Assembly (NCBI GenBank): GCA_963842525.1
Contig: CAWJGT010000003.1
Span: forward strand, 1,632,001-1,696,000
From: an uncultured Holophagales bacterium
GTDB lineage: Bacteria > Acidobacteriota > Thermoanaerobaculia > Multivoradales > UBA5704
Reading direction: 5' to 3'
DNA length: 64,000 bases
Made by a program: the position numbers and the translations under genes
In this document: positions 33,005-43,757 of the stretch, one piece after another
Position numbering within the stretch: position 1 is the stretch's first letter
How the letters are laid out: the number at the start of each line of letters is the position of its first letter
Notes under the pieces: generated by a model
Databases searched by the model: none
What the model saw: the letters and a program-made list of their open reading frames with translations, nothing else
What the model was told of the DNA's origin: nothing

Positions 33005-34105
33005 ATGACAGCCACCGCTCCGACCCTCACCACCCGCCAGCTCAACCGCGCCCTGCTCGCACGGCAGATGCTGCTCGCACGGGAAAAGACTACGGCGCTC
33101 GCGGCCGTCGAGCAGCTCGTCGGCTTGCAGGCGCAGTTGGCGAGGCCCCCGTTCGCAGGTCTGTGGACGCGTCTCGAAGGGTTTCGCCGCGACGATCTCC
33201 TCGACCCGCTCCGCGAACGCCGGATCGTCCGCGTGACGGCGATGCGCGGCACCCTCCACCTGATGAGCGCCGCCGATTACGTCGGGCTGCGGGGCGCCTT
33301 GCAGCCGGCGCTCGCACGTGGCCTGGAATCGATCCTTCGCGACCGCGCGAAGGGCCTCGACCTTGCCGCCCTGGAGACGGACGCGCGCGCGTTTTTCCCT
33401 GGAACTTTCGATGGCTTTCGGGTCCATCTGAAGACGAAGGATCCGCAGGCTGACGAGCGCGCGATGGCCTATGCGATCCGCATGCACCTCCCGCTCGTCC
33501 AGGTCCCGGCCGAGGAACGGTGGGGGTTTCCCGCGGCGGCCGATTTCGCCATGGCGGATGCATGGCTTGGTACAAAGATTCCGGCCGAGCCTGCGCCGGC
33601 GCACACGCTGGTCCGGCGCTACCTCGCCGCGTTCGGGCCTGCGACGCCCGGCGATGCGCAGGCGTGGTCCGCTCTGCAGGGTCTGCGCGAGGTGTTCGAG
33701 GAGCTCCGGCCCTCTCTCGTCACCTTCCGCGATGCGCGGAAACGTGAGCTGTTCGATCTCCCGGAGGCACCGCGACCGCCGGAGGATACGCCGGCGCCGG
33801 TCCGCTTCCTGCCGGATTTCGACAACCTGGTGCTGTCGCACGACGATCGCACCCGAGTGATCGCCGACGAGCACCGCCCGCGGGTCACGCTCAAGAATCT
33901 CCAGGTACGCGCAACGTTCCTGGTCGACGGCTTCGTCGCCGGGACCTGGAAGATCGAGCGCAAGAAGAAAGCCGCGGTCCTGATCCTCGAACCCTTTGGA
34001 AAGCTCGACAAGCGGACGCTGGCGGAGCTCGAGCGGGAAGGCGATGCATTGCTGCGCTTCGCCGAGGAGGACGCGGAGGCGCGGGACGTGCGATGCTTGC
34101 CGTGA
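33005..34105 (+). CDS. AlkZ/HTH_42 family DNA glycosylase
   Basis: LNRALLARQ, GLQAQ, MRGTLH, RRYLAAFGPAT, FLPDFD. Confidence 0.88.
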   Translation: MTATAPTLTTRQLNRALLARQMLLAREKTTALAAVEQLVGLQAQLARPPFAGLWTRLEGFRRDDLLDPLRERRIVRVTAMRGTLHLMSAADYVGLRGALQPALARGLESILRDRAKGLDLAALETDARAFFPGTFDGFRVHLKTKDPQADERAMAYAIRMHLPLVQVPAEERWGFPAAADFAMADAWLGTKIPAEPAPAHTLVRRYLAAFGPATPGDAQAWSALQGLREVFEELRPSLVTFRDARKRELFDLPEAPRPPEDTPAPVRFLPDFDNLVLSHDDRTRVIADEHRPRVTLKNLQVRATFLVDGFVAGTWKIERKKKAAVLILEPFGKLDKRTLAELEREGDALLRFAEEDAEARDVRCLP

Positions 34106-34134
34106 GGAAATCAACCAGAGCAAGAGGACGAAAG

Positions 34135-35694
34135 ATGAAGAAGACCCTGGCCCTGACCCTCTGCGCCACACTCGCCCTGGGCAGCCTGACGCCGCTCCGC
34201 GCCCAGTCGCCGCCGGACACCAAGGAGTCATTCTTCGCCCGCGGACGAGCTGTGGTCGAGCGCAACGCGCGCATCAAGCCGAACCGCCGCAAGGCGCGCA
34301 ACGTCATCCTCTTCGTGGGCGACGGCATGGGGGTGACCACCATCACGGCGGCCCGCATCTTCGACGGCCAGCAGAAGGGGATGAAGGGGGAGGAGAACGA
34401 GCTGAGCTTCGAGAAGTTCCCCTACCTCGCCCACTCGAAGACCTGGCAGGTCAACCAGCAGGTGCCCGACTCGGCGCCGACCATGACCGCGATCGTCACC
34501 GGCAGCAAGACCAATGACGGCATGCTGTCGATCGCGCCCAACGTGATCGGCAACGACTTCACCGCCTCGGCCAAACCTGAAAACCGTTTACGGACGATCC
34601 TGGAGCAGGCCGAGGAGCGCGGGATGTGGACCGGCGTGGTGTCAACCGCCCGGATCACCCATGCCACCCCTGGCGCCTGCTACTCGCACACGCCGGCCCG
34701 CGACACCGAATCGGATGTCGATCTGGCGAAGATCAGCCCCGAGGCCGCGGCGGCCGGCTATCCGGACATCGCCCGCCAGCTCCTCGAATTCAAGGTCAGG
34801 CCGGCGACCATGAACGGCAAGGCCAGCCAGGGCCTGGAAGTGGCGATGGGCGGCGGCCGGTCGAAGTTCCTTCTCGCCACGGCCGACGATCCCGAGTACC
34901 GGGAACGCAAAGGCGACCGGAAGGACCGCGACCTGGCGGCGGAGTGGGCTGCGCGCGGCGGCGCCTACGTCTTCGACAAGGCGGGCTTCGACACCGTCGA
35001 TCCAACGAAGACCGGCCCGGTGCTGGGACTCTTCGAGCCGTCCCACATGATGTTCGAAATGGAGCGGCGGCAGCGCGAGGCGGCCGAGCCCGGCAAGCTC
35101 CGAGAGCCCTCCCTGACCGAAATGACCGAGAAGGCGATCCGCATCCTCCAGCGGAGCCCCAAAGGCTATTTCCTCATGGTCGAGGCCGGGCGGATCGACC
35201 ACGGCCACCACGCGGGCATCGCCTACCTGGCCCTCAGCGATGCCGCCGAGCTCTCCCGAGCCGTCGAGCGGGCGGCGAAGCTGGCCGGGGACGACACCCT
35301 GATCGTCGTCACGGCCGACCACAGCCACGTCTTCACCATGAGCGGCTATCCCGCGCGCGGCAACCCGATCCTGGGCCTGGTGGTGACCAACAACGAGAAG
35401 ACCGGGCTGCCGGAGACTGAGCCCGCCAAGGCGGCGGACGGCAAGCCCTATACGACTCTGGGGTATGCGAACGGTCCCGGTGCCGTCCCGGGAGAGCGGC
35501 CCGACCTGACCGATGTGGACACCCAGGCGCCGACCTTCAAGCAGCAGGCGCTCGTTCCGATGGGCTCCGAGACCCACGGAGGCGAGGACGTCGTGATCTT
35601 CGCCCGCGGCCCGCACGCTCACCTCTTCCAGGGGACGATGGAGGAGAACGCGATCTACTTCGTCATGGCCCGTGCCTTGAACCTCACCCCCTGA
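34135..35694 (+). CDS. phoA: Alkaline phosphatase
   Basis: ILFVGDGMG, PDSA, THATP, EAGRIDHGHH, TADHSH, HGGEDV. Confidence 0.93.
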   Translation: MKKTLALTLCATLALGSLTPLRAQSPPDTKESFFARGRAVVERNARIKPNRRKARNVILFVGDGMGVTTITAARIFDGQQKGMKGEENELSFEKFPYLAHSKTWQVNQQVPDSAPTMTAIVTGSKTNDGMLSIAPNVIGNDFTASAKPENRLRTILEQAEERGMWTGVVSTARITHATPGACYSHTPARDTESDVDLAKISPEAAAAGYPDIARQLLEFKVRPATMNGKASQGLEVAMGGGRSKFLLATADDPEYRERKGDRKDRDLAAEWAARGGAYVFDKAGFDTVDPTKTGPVLGLFEPSHMMFEMERRQREAAEPGKLREPSLTEMTEKAIRILQRSPKGYFLMVEAGRIDHGHHAGIAYLALSDAAELSRAVERAAKLAGDDTLIVVTADHSHVFTMSGYPARGNPILGLVVTNNEKTGLPETEPAKAADGKPYTTLGYANGPGAVPGERPDLTDVDTQAPTFKQQALVPMGSETHGGEDVVIFARGPHAHLFQGTMEENAIYFVMARALNLTP

Positions 35695-35735
35695 CCCCCT
35701 CTCCCATCGCCCTCCCACCGACCGGGAGAGGGGGA
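35683..35735. repeat. REP-like palindromic repeat
   Basis: CCTCACCCC...CCCTCTCCC...GGGAGAGGGG; related copies at 46847-46994 and 54053-54115. Confidence 0.65.
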
Positions 35736-35765
35736 ACGCGGCTCGCAACATCGTAGAATTGCACC

Positions 35766-36518
35766 ATGATCACCACGATCGATCACGGTCCCGTCCGCGA
35801 GCTGCGCCTGTCGCGTCCGCCGGTCAATGCCCTGGAATCCGGGCTGATGGATGCGCTCGCCGCGGCCGTGGCCCAGGCCCCGGAGGAAGGGGCGCGGGCG
35901 CTCGTCCTCTCCGGCGCTCCGGGCCGGTTCTCGGGAGGGCTCGACATCCCTCTCCTGCTCCAACTCGACCGGCCGGCGATCCGCCGCCTCTGGGAGTCCC
36001 TCTACGGGGTTCTGCGGAACCTCGCCGCCTCGCGGATCCCCATTGCCGCGGCCATCACCGGCCACAGCCCGGCCGGCGGCGCCGTCCTCGCCATCTATTG
36101 CGACTACCGGATCATGGCCGGCGGTGACTTCAGGATCGGCTTCAACGAGGTGCCGGTGGGCCTCCCCATGCCCGCCGCGATCCACCAATGCATCGCGCTG
36201 GTTCTGGGGCCGCGCACGGCGGAGCGCCTCTGCGTGACGGGGCAGCTCATGCCGCCCGCGGAAGCGGCGCGGATCGGCCTCGTCGACGAGGTCGTCCCGC
36301 CCGAGCGCGTGATCGAGCGGGCCGTCGAGTGGTGCCAGGGCCTCCTGAAGCTGCCGCCGCGCGCCATGGCCCTTACCCGCCAGACCGCCCGCGCCGGCCT
36401 CGTCCGCCGCATGGACGAAGGGCTCGCCGGAGAGCTGGACCTCCTCATGGACCACTGGTTCCACGACGAGGCCCAGGCCGCCCTGCGCGCCGTGGCCGAC
36501 CGGCTCAAGAAGAAGTGA
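35766..36518 (+). CDS. Enoyl-CoA hydratase/isomerase
   Basis: FSGGLD, AITGHSPAGG, IGFNEV, GLVDEV. Confidence 0.9.
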   Translation: MITTIDHGPVRELRLSRPPVNALESGLMDALAAAVAQAPEEGARALVLSGAPGRFSGGLDIPLLLQLDRPAIRRLWESLYGVLRNLAASRIPIAAAITGHSPAGGAVLAIYCDYRIMAGGDFRIGFNEVPVGLPMPAAIHQCIALVLGPRTAERLCVTGQLMPPAEAARIGLVDEVVPPERVIERAVEWCQGLLKLPPRAMALTRQTARAGLVRRMDEGLAGELDLLMDHWFHDEAQAALRAVADRLKKK

Positions 36519-36531
36519 GGAAGTGAGGGCT

Positions 36532-36786
36532 TCAGGCCCTCTTGATCAAGCGCAGCAGGAGCACCAGGATGACGGCGCCGACGAACGCCACGATGATCGA
36601 GCCGAGGAGGCCGCCGCCGGCCCCGATCCCGAGCTTGCCGAACAGCCAGCCGCCGAGGAACGCGCCGATCACGCCCACGACCATATCGCCCACCAGGCCG
36701 AAGCCACCGCCCCGCACGAGCTTTCCTGCCAGCCATCCGGCGATCAGCCCGACGATCAGCAATATGATCAAGCTTTCCAGGCTCAT
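36532..36786 (-). CDS. GlsB/YeaQ/YmgE family membrane protein
   Basis: GLIAGWLA...GVIGAFLGG...GAVIL. Confidence 0.9.
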   Translation of the reverse strand: MSLESLIILLIVGLIAGWLAGKLVRGGGFGLVGDMVVGVIGAFLGGWLFGKLGIGAGGGLLGSIIVAFVGAVILVLLLRLIKRA

Positions 36787-36916
36787 AGCGCGCTCTCCTA
36801 TGGAAGTGAGGGTTCGGCGCCACTATACAGGATCTTCGCAGCGCGGCAGCGCCTTGCCGGAAAGCCGTGCTTCGCGGTAGCTTTTCTCTATTCACTCCAC
36901 GAGTGAGGAGAAGAAC

Positions 36917-39361
36917 CTGATCCGGCCCAAGGTCTTCGTCAGCTACTGCCACGAGGATGGCGCAATCCTCGAACAGGTCCGGATCCACCTCCGGCTGCTC
37001 GAACGGGACGGGCTCGTCCAGTCGTGGACGGATCAGAGCCTCCAGATTGGAGACCGCTGGCAGGAAAAGCTCGACGAGGCGCTCGAAGGCGCAACTGCCG
37101 CGGTGCTGATCGTGTCGGCGGGTTTCCTGGCCTCGGACTTCATCATGACGCAGGAGCTGCCCCGCATCCTGGCCCGGGAGGCGGCCGGCGAGCTCAAGGT
37201 CATTCCCATCTTCTGGAGCGACTGCCTGGCGGATCGCGAAATCGCCTTCGCCGAGGAGCGGACCGGCCGGCGGCGGACAAGGAAGCTGACGGCCTTCCAG
37301 GGGATCGGCTCGCCGCAGGAGCCGCTGGCGGGCCTCTCGTGGCCGGATCGGGAAAGGGAGCTGACCGGCCTTGCCCGCAGGCTTCTGGCCCTCGCAGGCT
37401 CAGGGACGACGCCCGTCCCTCCGCCGGTCCCAAGGCCGCCTACCACCGGTCCGGCCCGGGAGTACACGCTGACGGTCCGTCTGGAGCGCCGGGACGACGT
37501 CCTGGAGGTGCACTACCACCTCCCGGGGACCGACGCGATCGGCTCTGCCAGCCGGCCCTGGAAGGAGATCCAGGCCGAGGTGGCGCCCATCGCCGCGGCT
37601 CTCGACCATAGCGGTGACTTCGCCGTCCCGTCATCCTGGGGCGAGTCCCTCGCCAGGGTCCTCTTCGGGCCGGCTCCCCAGTGGCAGCCGGTGCTGCGCG
37701 TCCTCTTCGGCGCGCCCGAGCCCGCGCCGCAGCCGACGCCGCTGCGGGGGCCGGCCCGCCTGCGGGTCTGTACCGAGGACGCCCTCCTCGCCGGCCTGCC
37801 CTGGCGATTGACCTCCTGGAACGGCCGCGTCCTGGCGGAGATGGCTCCCGCCGGCTGGATCTTCGAGGTGATCCGGACCCTCGATCCCACCGGCGATTTC
37901 ACCACGACGGCCCCGTGCAACGTGCTCGTCGTGGCGCCGGCTGCCGCCGCCGAGGCCGGCAAGCTCCACGACCCCATGCATCCGAGGGCGGTCGCGGAGG
38001 TGCTCGGCGACGTCTGGCCGACCGGCCGCGATCCGGGCTACCTGCGCGTCGTGCGGACGCGGTTGGAGCTGGAGAAGGCTCTCGCCGGCATGCGTCCTCA
38101 TGTCGTCTACGTCTATGCGACCGGGGAGGTGGTGGGCGGCCGTCCGGCCCTTGTCCTGGACGGGGACCGGGAGGGCACCGTCGACCGGCTCCCCCTCGGC
38201 CGCCTGGCGGGCCTTTTCCAGGAGGCCGGCCACCGGCCTTCCGTGCTCTACCTCAACACCGCGGGCCTCGGCGCCGCCGCGCAGGCCCTGGACGGCAATG
38301 TTCCTCTTGTCCTCTGGCGCCGGCTGCCGGCCTGGACGCCCGAGTCCACCTCGGTCGCCCTCGCCTGGCTGCGCCGCTGGCTCGGCCGCGGCGAGGACCC
38401 GGTCGCGGCCCTGCACGAGGTCGCCCGCGACGATGCCGGACAGGAAGCCGCCACGCTGGCGGTTGCCGCCTCGTACCGTGCCTGGAGCACGCCGGCGTAT
38501 CAGGCCGTCGCCGTCCAGGACCGGTATGCGCGCCTCCGGCTCGACCGCCGGGAGCAGAAGGCGCTCGTCGCCCGTGACCTGCGCGAGCTCGTCCGCGGCG
38601 ACGGCTTCCGCACCCTGGCCCTCGTCGCCTATGCCGCGCCGGGCAATGCGATTCACTCCCTGGCCGCGCAGCTCGAGCACGACTTGGAGCTGGAAGTCGA
38701 GCCCTTTGCTGCGATCAAGTGGCGGCGGCTGGAATTCCCTCAGCGCCGGACGCAGCTTCGCGAGGACCTCCGGCATGAGCTGCACCTGCAGCTCGAAGCG
38801 GAAGCCAACGAGGTCACGCAGCACCTGCTGCGCCGGCATGCCCCGAAGGCGCTGCGGCCGGGCCGGCGGGCTGTCCTCTGGCTCGACTGGGGCTGTTTCG
38901 GCGAAGGCCACCAGCCGCCGCTGAGCCCGCCGCAGCTCGGCGAGTGGCTTCGCTTCTCCAGCGAATTCCTCACCGTCCACTGCCCGGCGGACCTGCGCCT
39001 CGTCTCCTTCCTGGCTGCCGAGGCCGAGCCGGCCCGGCACCAGCGCCTGAGGAAGGTCCTGGCGGACCAGGAGAGCGAGCCCTGGTGCCAGAGCCCCGCC
39101 TTCCTCTTCACCGCGCTGCCGCCGCTCGGCGACGTCGCGGAGGCCGACCTGCGCAAGTTCCTGCGCGATCCCGGCAACACGAGCTGCGATGCGGGCATCC
39201 AGACCGACGTCGCCCGGCGGATCTTCCAGCGGACCGGCGGCAATTTCGAGCAGACTGTCGCCCTTCTCGAAGAGGGGCAGAAGGGCTCGTGGTACGATCT
39301 GCTGAAACGCCTGCAACGCGAGCAGGGAGGCGCCCTGCCCGTCGACGACGAACCATTTTGA
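36917..39361 (+). CDS. TIR-domain protein with CHAT-like middle and degenerate STAND-like C-terminus (ternary-system component)
   Basis: VFVSYCHED...FLASDFI..ELP TIR in frame upstream of ORF 37103; start uncertain (CTG after GAGGAG); non-TIR domains inferred. Confidence 0.75.
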   Translation: MIRPKVFVSYCHEDGAILEQVRIHLRLLERDGLVQSWTDQSLQIGDRWQEKLDEALEGATAAVLIVSAGFLASDFIMTQELPRILAREAAGELKVIPIFWSDCLADREIAFAEERTGRRRTRKLTAFQGIGSPQEPLAGLSWPDRERELTGLARRLLALAGSGTTPVPPPVPRPPTTGPAREYTLTVRLERRDDVLEVHYHLPGTDAIGSASRPWKEIQAEVAPIAAALDHSGDFAVPSSWGESLARVLFGPAPQWQPVLRVLFGAPEPAPQPTPLRGPARLRVCTEDALLAGLPWRLTSWNGRVLAEMAPAGWIFEVIRTLDPTGDFTTTAPCNVLVVAPAAAAEAGKLHDPMHPRAVAEVLGDVWPTGRDPGYLRVVRTRLELEKALAGMRPHVVYVYATGEVVGGRPALVLDGDREGTVDRLPLGRLAGLFQEAGHRPSVLYLNTAGLGAAAQALDGNVPLVLWRRLPAWTPESTSVALAWLRRWLGRGEDPVAALHEVARDDAGQEAATLAVAASYRAWSTPAYQAVAVQDRYARLRLDRREQKALVARDLRELVRGDGFRTLALVAYAAPGNAIHSLAAQLEHDLELEVEPFAAIKWRRLEFPQRRTQLREDLRHELHLQLEAEANEVTQHLLRRHAPKALRPGRRAVLWLDWGCFGEGHQPPLSPPQLGEWLRFSSEFLTVHCPADLRLVSFLAAEAEPARHQRLRKVLADQESEPWCQSPAFLFTALPPLGDVAEADLRKFLRDPGNTSCDAGIQTDVARRIFQRTGGNFEQTVALLEEGQKGSWYDLLKRLQREQGGALPVDDEPF

Positions 39362-40278
39362 GCGAGCCCCTCCCCTTCGAGCTGCTGTCGCCGGACGACC
39401 ACGGCCCGGGCCGCCGGGAAGCCCTGGCCCGGCGCGAGCTTCCCGCATCGCTCGGCAGCCACGGGGTGGCCGCGCCCCTCTACCGGCCGGACCCCGGGCT
39501 GGTGGACGCCGTCAACGTCGCGCTGGCCGTGGGCGCGCCGCTCCTCCTCACCGGCGAGCCCGGAACCGGCAAGACCCAGGTCGGCCACTACCTCGCCTGG
39601 TATTTCGGCGTCGAGCTCTTCCCTCTCTACGTGCGCAGCACCACCACCGCCGAGGACCTCCTCTACCACTTCGACGCAGTCGCCTACCTCCACGCCGCCC
39701 AGGTGGGCCGTGTCGAGGCCATCGCCAAGGCGGATTTCGTCGAGAAAAGGCCGCTGTGGCAGGCCTACGAGGTGGACGGTCCCTCGGTCGTGCTCATCGA
39801 CGAGATCGACAAGGCGCCCCGGGACTTTCCGAACGACCTCTTGAACGTCCTCGATCAGCACACCTTCTACGTACCGGAAAGCAACCGCCAGGTGAGCCGC
39901 CGGAAAGGGGCACCGCCGCCGGTCGTGGTGATCACCAGCAACAGCGAGCGGCGGCTGCCCGAGCCGTTCCTGCGCCGCTGCGTCTTCCACCACATCGAGC
40001 TCACCGAGGAGCTGCTGCGCCGCGCCGTCGAGGCCCGGATCGGCGACTTCCCGGGCCTTTCCGCCACGGTGCGCGAGGCAGCGGTCCAGCGTTTCCTCGA
40101 GCTGCGCGGGCGCGAGGTCCGCAAGAAGCCGGCCACGGCCGAGCTGCTCATCTGGCTCACCGTGCTCTCCGCCCGCGGCGGCGTCACCGCGGAGCGGCTT
40201 ACCCTTTGCCGTCTGGCCGAGCTGCCGGCCGTTTCGGCCCTGATCAAAGACCGCGACGACTTGGCCCTCCTCGGCTGA
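39358..40278 (+). CDS. MoxR family AAA+ ATPase
   Basis: [49 protein letters not shown]; TTG overlaps upstream stop. Confidence 0.92.
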   Translation: MSEPLPFELLSPDDHGPGRREALARRELPASLGSHGVAAPLYRPDPGLVDAVNVALAVGAPLLLTGEPGTGKTQVGHYLAWYFGVELFPLYVRSTTTAEDLLYHFDAVAYLHAAQVGRVEAIAKADFVEKRPLWQAYEVDGPSVVLIDEIDKAPRDFPNDLLNVLDQHTFYVPESNRQVSRRKGAPPPVVVITSNSERRLPEPFLRRCVFHHIELTEELLRRAVEARIGDFPGLSATVREAAVQRFLELRGREVRKKPATAELLIWLTVLSARGGVTAERLTLCRLAELPAVSALIKDRDDLALLG

Positions 40279-40286
40279 CCCCTTCG

Positions 40287-40589
40287 TTCTACTTTGTCAG
40301 ATTGCCTCGGTGGTACATTGCCAGCCCCGCAGGGGCGGCCGGAATTAGCCCGGGATTTCAATCCCGGGAACCGGGCATCCCAACCCTCAGGAGCCCCGCC
40401 AGGGGCGACAGGAATTTGGCCGCCGATCTCCTGCCGCCCCTACCGGGGCTGAATGGAGAGGGGGGGGCCTTCCCTTCCCGGGCTGAAGGCCCGGGCTAAT
40501 TCCGACCGCCCCTGCGGGGCTGGCGTACGGCAGTTCAGGGAGCTGGTGGACGCTCGCGCAGCAGAGCTAGGGACGCTGACAAAGTAGAA
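40287..40589. repeat. MITE/REPIN-like palindromic element
   Basis: 14-bp terminal inverted repeat TTCTACTTTGTCAG / CTGACAAAGTAGAA enclosing a long nested palindrome (40320-40524). Confidence 0.75.
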
Positions 40590-40595
40590 TGAGTC

Positions 40596-43244
40596 ATGAG
40601 CAACCTCGGCCTCGAGCCCCTGCTCGCCGCCCTGCGCGAGGCCGGGCTGCGGGCCGGCGTCGCCGAGCTGCTGCGCCTGCGCGAGGTGTTCGCTCGCACG
40701 CCGGACCTCGCTGATCCGGCAGGACGAGACCAGGAGAGGCTCCGCTCGGTGCTGCGTGCCGTGCTCGTGAAGTCCCTGGACGAGCGCACTGCATTCGACC
40801 GCGTCTTCGATGCCTGGAGCGAGCGGGCGGAGCAGGAATTGTTGGCGCGCAGCTCCTTGCCACGGTTCGCTGAGGTAGGCCGCAGGCCCGCCGGGAGCCG
40901 TAGCCGCTGGCGGCGCCTGGGCTGGCCGGCGGCCGTCCTTGCGCTCCTGGGCCTCTGCGCCGCTCTGGGGCCGGACACCGTCTGGTCTCCGCCTCCTAAG
41001 CCACCTCCTGCGGTTGCCGGCAAGCTGCGCCCTCCCGAGCCGGTCGCAGGCGAGAAACCTGCGCCGGCTGTGACGGAGACCGTCAACCCGCCCGAGCCCG
41101 CGTGGCAGGGTTGGCCGGCCCTCGGGCTAGGGCTCCTCGCGCTCGCCACGGCCGGCGGGCTCTGGCTCGCGCTGCGCCGCCGGAGCTGGCTGCCGGCGCC
41201 CGAGCCTCTGCCGAGCCGCGAGGGGCCGCCGCGGGTCTTCCTCACCCCGGCTCCGCTCCCGGGTCTCCAACTCCTCGACGCCCGCCAGGAGGACGCCCTC
41301 GTCTGGGGGATCGGCCATTTCGTGGCGGAGGAGCCCACCCGCCGCCTGGATGCCGCGGCCACCGTGCGTGCCACGGCGCGCGAGGCCGGCATCCCCCGGC
41401 TGATCTTTCACCGGGCGCGCTACCACCGTGAAGTCTGGCTTTGGGTCGATGAGGCGGTCGATGACCCCACCCTGCTGCTTCTTGCCGAAGAGATCCAGGC
41501 CAGCCTTGCCGCCCATGGCCTGCCGGTCGAGCGAGCCACGTTCCACGGCCTTCCCGACCGGCTCGTCACTGCCGAGGGCGCTGTCTTCGCCCCATCCGAG
41601 ATCGACGAGCGGCGGGACGAAACCCTGGTGGCCGTCCTCACCGACGGCCGCCTCCTCGCCCGGCAGCACGCGGCCGACGACCGCCGCGTGGTCATCGAAG
41701 CCCTGCTGCGCAACCTCTCCCACTGGCCGCACCTCGCCTTTGTGGGCTTCGGCGACGGCGCGGAGGGCCTGAGGCCGATCCTCGCCCGGCACGGCCTTCC
41801 ACTGGTGCCTCCCGCCGGCCTCGTGGCGTTCCTGGGCGGCCGGACCGCGTCTTCGCCGCGAGCACGGTCCGCCCCCTCGCTCGACGACGCTGCCTGGGCC
41901 GCGGCCTGCGCCCTGGCTCCGTCCTCCATTGCCGAGGCCACCGCCCTGCAGATCCGCCGGCGGCTCAAGCTCGCCACCTCGCCCTGGGCCCTGCACGCCT
42001 TGCGGGCCGAAGCCCAGGCGGGGCCCTCGGGGCGTCTCGCCTGGAAGCCCGCCGACCGCGCCCGCCGGCTGAACGAGCTGCGGGAGGCAGAGGTGCAACC
42101 TGCTGGTGGTGGGATCGCTCCCGCCACCCTGTTCGGCCAGGCTTTGCAGATCTGGGAGGATCTCTATGAAAAGGAGCTCAGCCGGCGGACCGGCGAGGCG
42201 GCGTCGGGGGAAGGCACTCCGGCCTATCAGCTCCTGCGGATGGAGAGGGCCCTGCTGCGCCTGTGGGGCAAACAGGCCGGCGAGGCCGTGCGCGAGCTCT
42301 ACGCCCTGTTTCAGGGGGCGTTGCGCGAATTGATCCCGCTCCATCTCGCGGCCGTGGCGCCTGCGGGAATGGGCGGGGACGAGCACATCCGATTGCCCTG
42401 GGCCTGGGAGACTCGTCCGCCGGCTGAGAAGGCGATGCTCCGGGAGATGGGGCTGGGCGGCGGCTTGCCGCCGGTCCGCCTGCGCCGGCCGGGCCGCCTG
42501 TGGCTGGGGATCGGGACATGTCTGGGCCTTGCCCTGGGCGGTCTGGCCGTGGCGGCCTTCCCCTGCCGGCCCGGGCAGGAGATCACAGTCCAGGGAGTGG
42601 TCTTTGTTCGCATCTGCCCCGGAACCTTCATTATGGGCTCCGCAGTGGACGATCGTCTTGCGGATCCCAGTGAGAGGCCGGCTCACCGCGTCACCCTGGG
42701 CGAATTCTGGATCGGCAGGACGGAGGTGACCAACGCCCAATATCGGCGTCTGCCTCCAGGCCGCGGGAGCAACGCCGAGCTGCCGGTGACGGACGTGACC
42801 TGGTCCGAAGCGCAAACGTTTTGCCGCTCCCTCGGCGGTCGCCTGCCCACGGAAGCGGAATGGGAATATGCGGCGCGTGCAGGCACCCGGACACCGTGGT
42901 CGTTCGGCAGCGACGAGAACCAGACCGGCCGCTACGCCTGGTTTGACGGCAATTCCGGCGGCAAGCCACATCCGGTAGGCCGGAAAGAGCCCAACCCATG
43001 GGGCCTCCATGACATGCACGGCAACGTCTGGGAGTGGGTGGCGGACTGGCTCGGGGATTACACACCGCAAGCTCAGACGGACCCGACAGGTCCGACGTCG
43101 GGTCAGTACCGCGTGCTGCGGGGGGGCTCCTTCAGCAACGCGCCCTGGGTCCTGCGCTCCGCGGACCGGGACGGGTTCGAGCCCGAGTTCCGGTACGGGT
43201 TCGTCGGCTTCCGCTGTGTGCGCGCCCCCCGCCGCCAGCCTTGA
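40596..43244 (+). CDS. vWA-like + FGE-sulfatase (C-type lectin fold) protein; DGR target 1
   Basis: LDAAATVRATAREAG, WLWVD and VLTDG vWA-like motifs; FIMGS, RLPTEAEWEYAAR, DMHGNVWEW, RGGSF, GFRC. Confidence 0.88.
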   Translation: MSNLGLEPLLAALREAGLRAGVAELLRLREVFARTPDLADPAGRDQERLRSVLRAVLVKSLDERTAFDRVFDAWSERAEQELLARSSLPRFAEVGRRPAGSRSRWRRLGWPAAVLALLGLCAALGPDTVWSPPPKPPPAVAGKLRPPEPVAGEKPAPAVTETVNPPEPAWQGWPALGLGLLALATAGGLWLALRRRSWLPAPEPLPSREGPPRVFLTPAPLPGLQLLDARQEDALVWGIGHFVAEEPTRRLDAAATVRATAREAGIPRLIFHRARYHREVWLWVDEAVDDPTLLLLAEEIQASLAAHGLPVERATFHGLPDRLVTAEGAVFAPSEIDERRDETLVAVLTDGRLLARQHAADDRRVVIEALLRNLSHWPHLAFVGFGDGAEGLRPILARHGLPLVPPAGLVAFLGGRTASSPRARSAPSLDDAAWAAACALAPSSIAEATALQIRRRLKLATSPWALHALRAEAQAGPSGRLAWKPADRARRLNELREAEVQPAGGGIAPATLFGQALQIWEDLYEKELSRRTGEAASGEGTPAYQLLRMERALLRLWGKQAGEAVRELYALFQGALRELIPLHLAAVAPAGMGGDEHIRLPWAWETRPPAEKAMLREMGLGGGLPPVRLRRPGRLWLGIGTCLGLALGGLAVAAFPCRPGQEITVQGVVFVRICPGTFIMGSAVDDRLADPSERPAHRVTLGEFWIGRTEVTNAQYRRLPPGRGSNAELPVTDVTWSEAQTFCRSLGGRLPTEAEWEYAARAGTRTPWSFGSDENQTGRYAWFDGNSGGKPHPVGRKEPNPWGLHDMHGNVWEWVADWLGDYTPQAQTDPTGPTSGQYRVLRGGSFSNAPWVLRSADRDGFEPEFRYGFVGFRCVRAPRRQP
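43110..43244 (+). repeat. DGR variable repeat VR1
   Basis: 119/135 nt identical to VR2; all mismatches at codon positions 1-2. Confidence 0.85.
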
Positions 43245-43267
43245 GCCCTTGACCCTTTGCTCTTTTT

Positions 43268-43290
43268 CCGCCCCTGCGGAGCGGGGGCGG
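43268..43290 (+). promoter_or_regulatory. DGR-type target hairpin (GGA loop)
   Basis: CCGCCCCTGC-GGA-GCGGGGGCGG, 23 nt after the VR1 stop. Confidence 0.7.
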
Positions 43291-43342
43291 GCGATTTTTT
43301 CCCGGTTGACATGAGTTGTCTGGCCCCTGACAATCCGCTGTC

Positions 43343-43483
43343 ATGCAACTGACCTTGGAGGAAGCGGCGGCTCGCCTCGGCAGGACGCCTCGGCAAGGTC
43401 CGTGCCGGCATGGGCTGGATCTCACCCCCTCTGTCCCCATGCGCATCAAACCTACCGAGCTGCGCCCGATCGCCCCGGGTTGA
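43343..43483 (+). pseudogene. Helix-turn-helix (excisionase-like) gene fragment
   Basis: MQLTLEEAAARLGRTPRQ, then breaks off. Confidence 0.55.
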
Positions 43484-43596
43484 CACCCGGGGCTACCCAG
43501 TCCCGCCCTCCGGGCTCTCGAATTCTGGGCACTTCGACTGCCGTTCTTGCGAGCCCGGAGGGCGCCATTCGGTAGCCCAGGGTGTGAACCCTGGGC
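43472..43596. repeat. REP doublet (REPIN-like)
   Basis: CCCCGGG..CCCGGGGCTAC, CGCCCTCCGGGCTC / GAGCCCGGAGGGCG, GTAGCCCAGGG..CCCTGGG. Confidence 0.75.
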
Positions 43597-43603
43597 GAAG
43601 GCT

Positions 43604-43663
43604 CTGCTCGCCGACATCGGGCCGACGTACGAGCAGGGCTTCATCGACCAGAGCTACGCCTGC
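43604..43663 (+). pseudogene. Reverse transcriptase fragment (DGR-type)
   Basis: LLADIGPTYEQGFIDQSYAC resembles the P-x-(F/Y)-E-x-x-F-I-x-x-S-Y-A-C segment of DGR RTs. Confidence 0.65.
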
Positions 43664-43757
43664 TGGGCGCTGACCGCCTGGTGCGCAGCCTTCGCTCGTA
43701 CCGGGGATTGTTGTTGTCAGTTTGACGACGATTGTCAGATATCTCACAAAAAATTCG

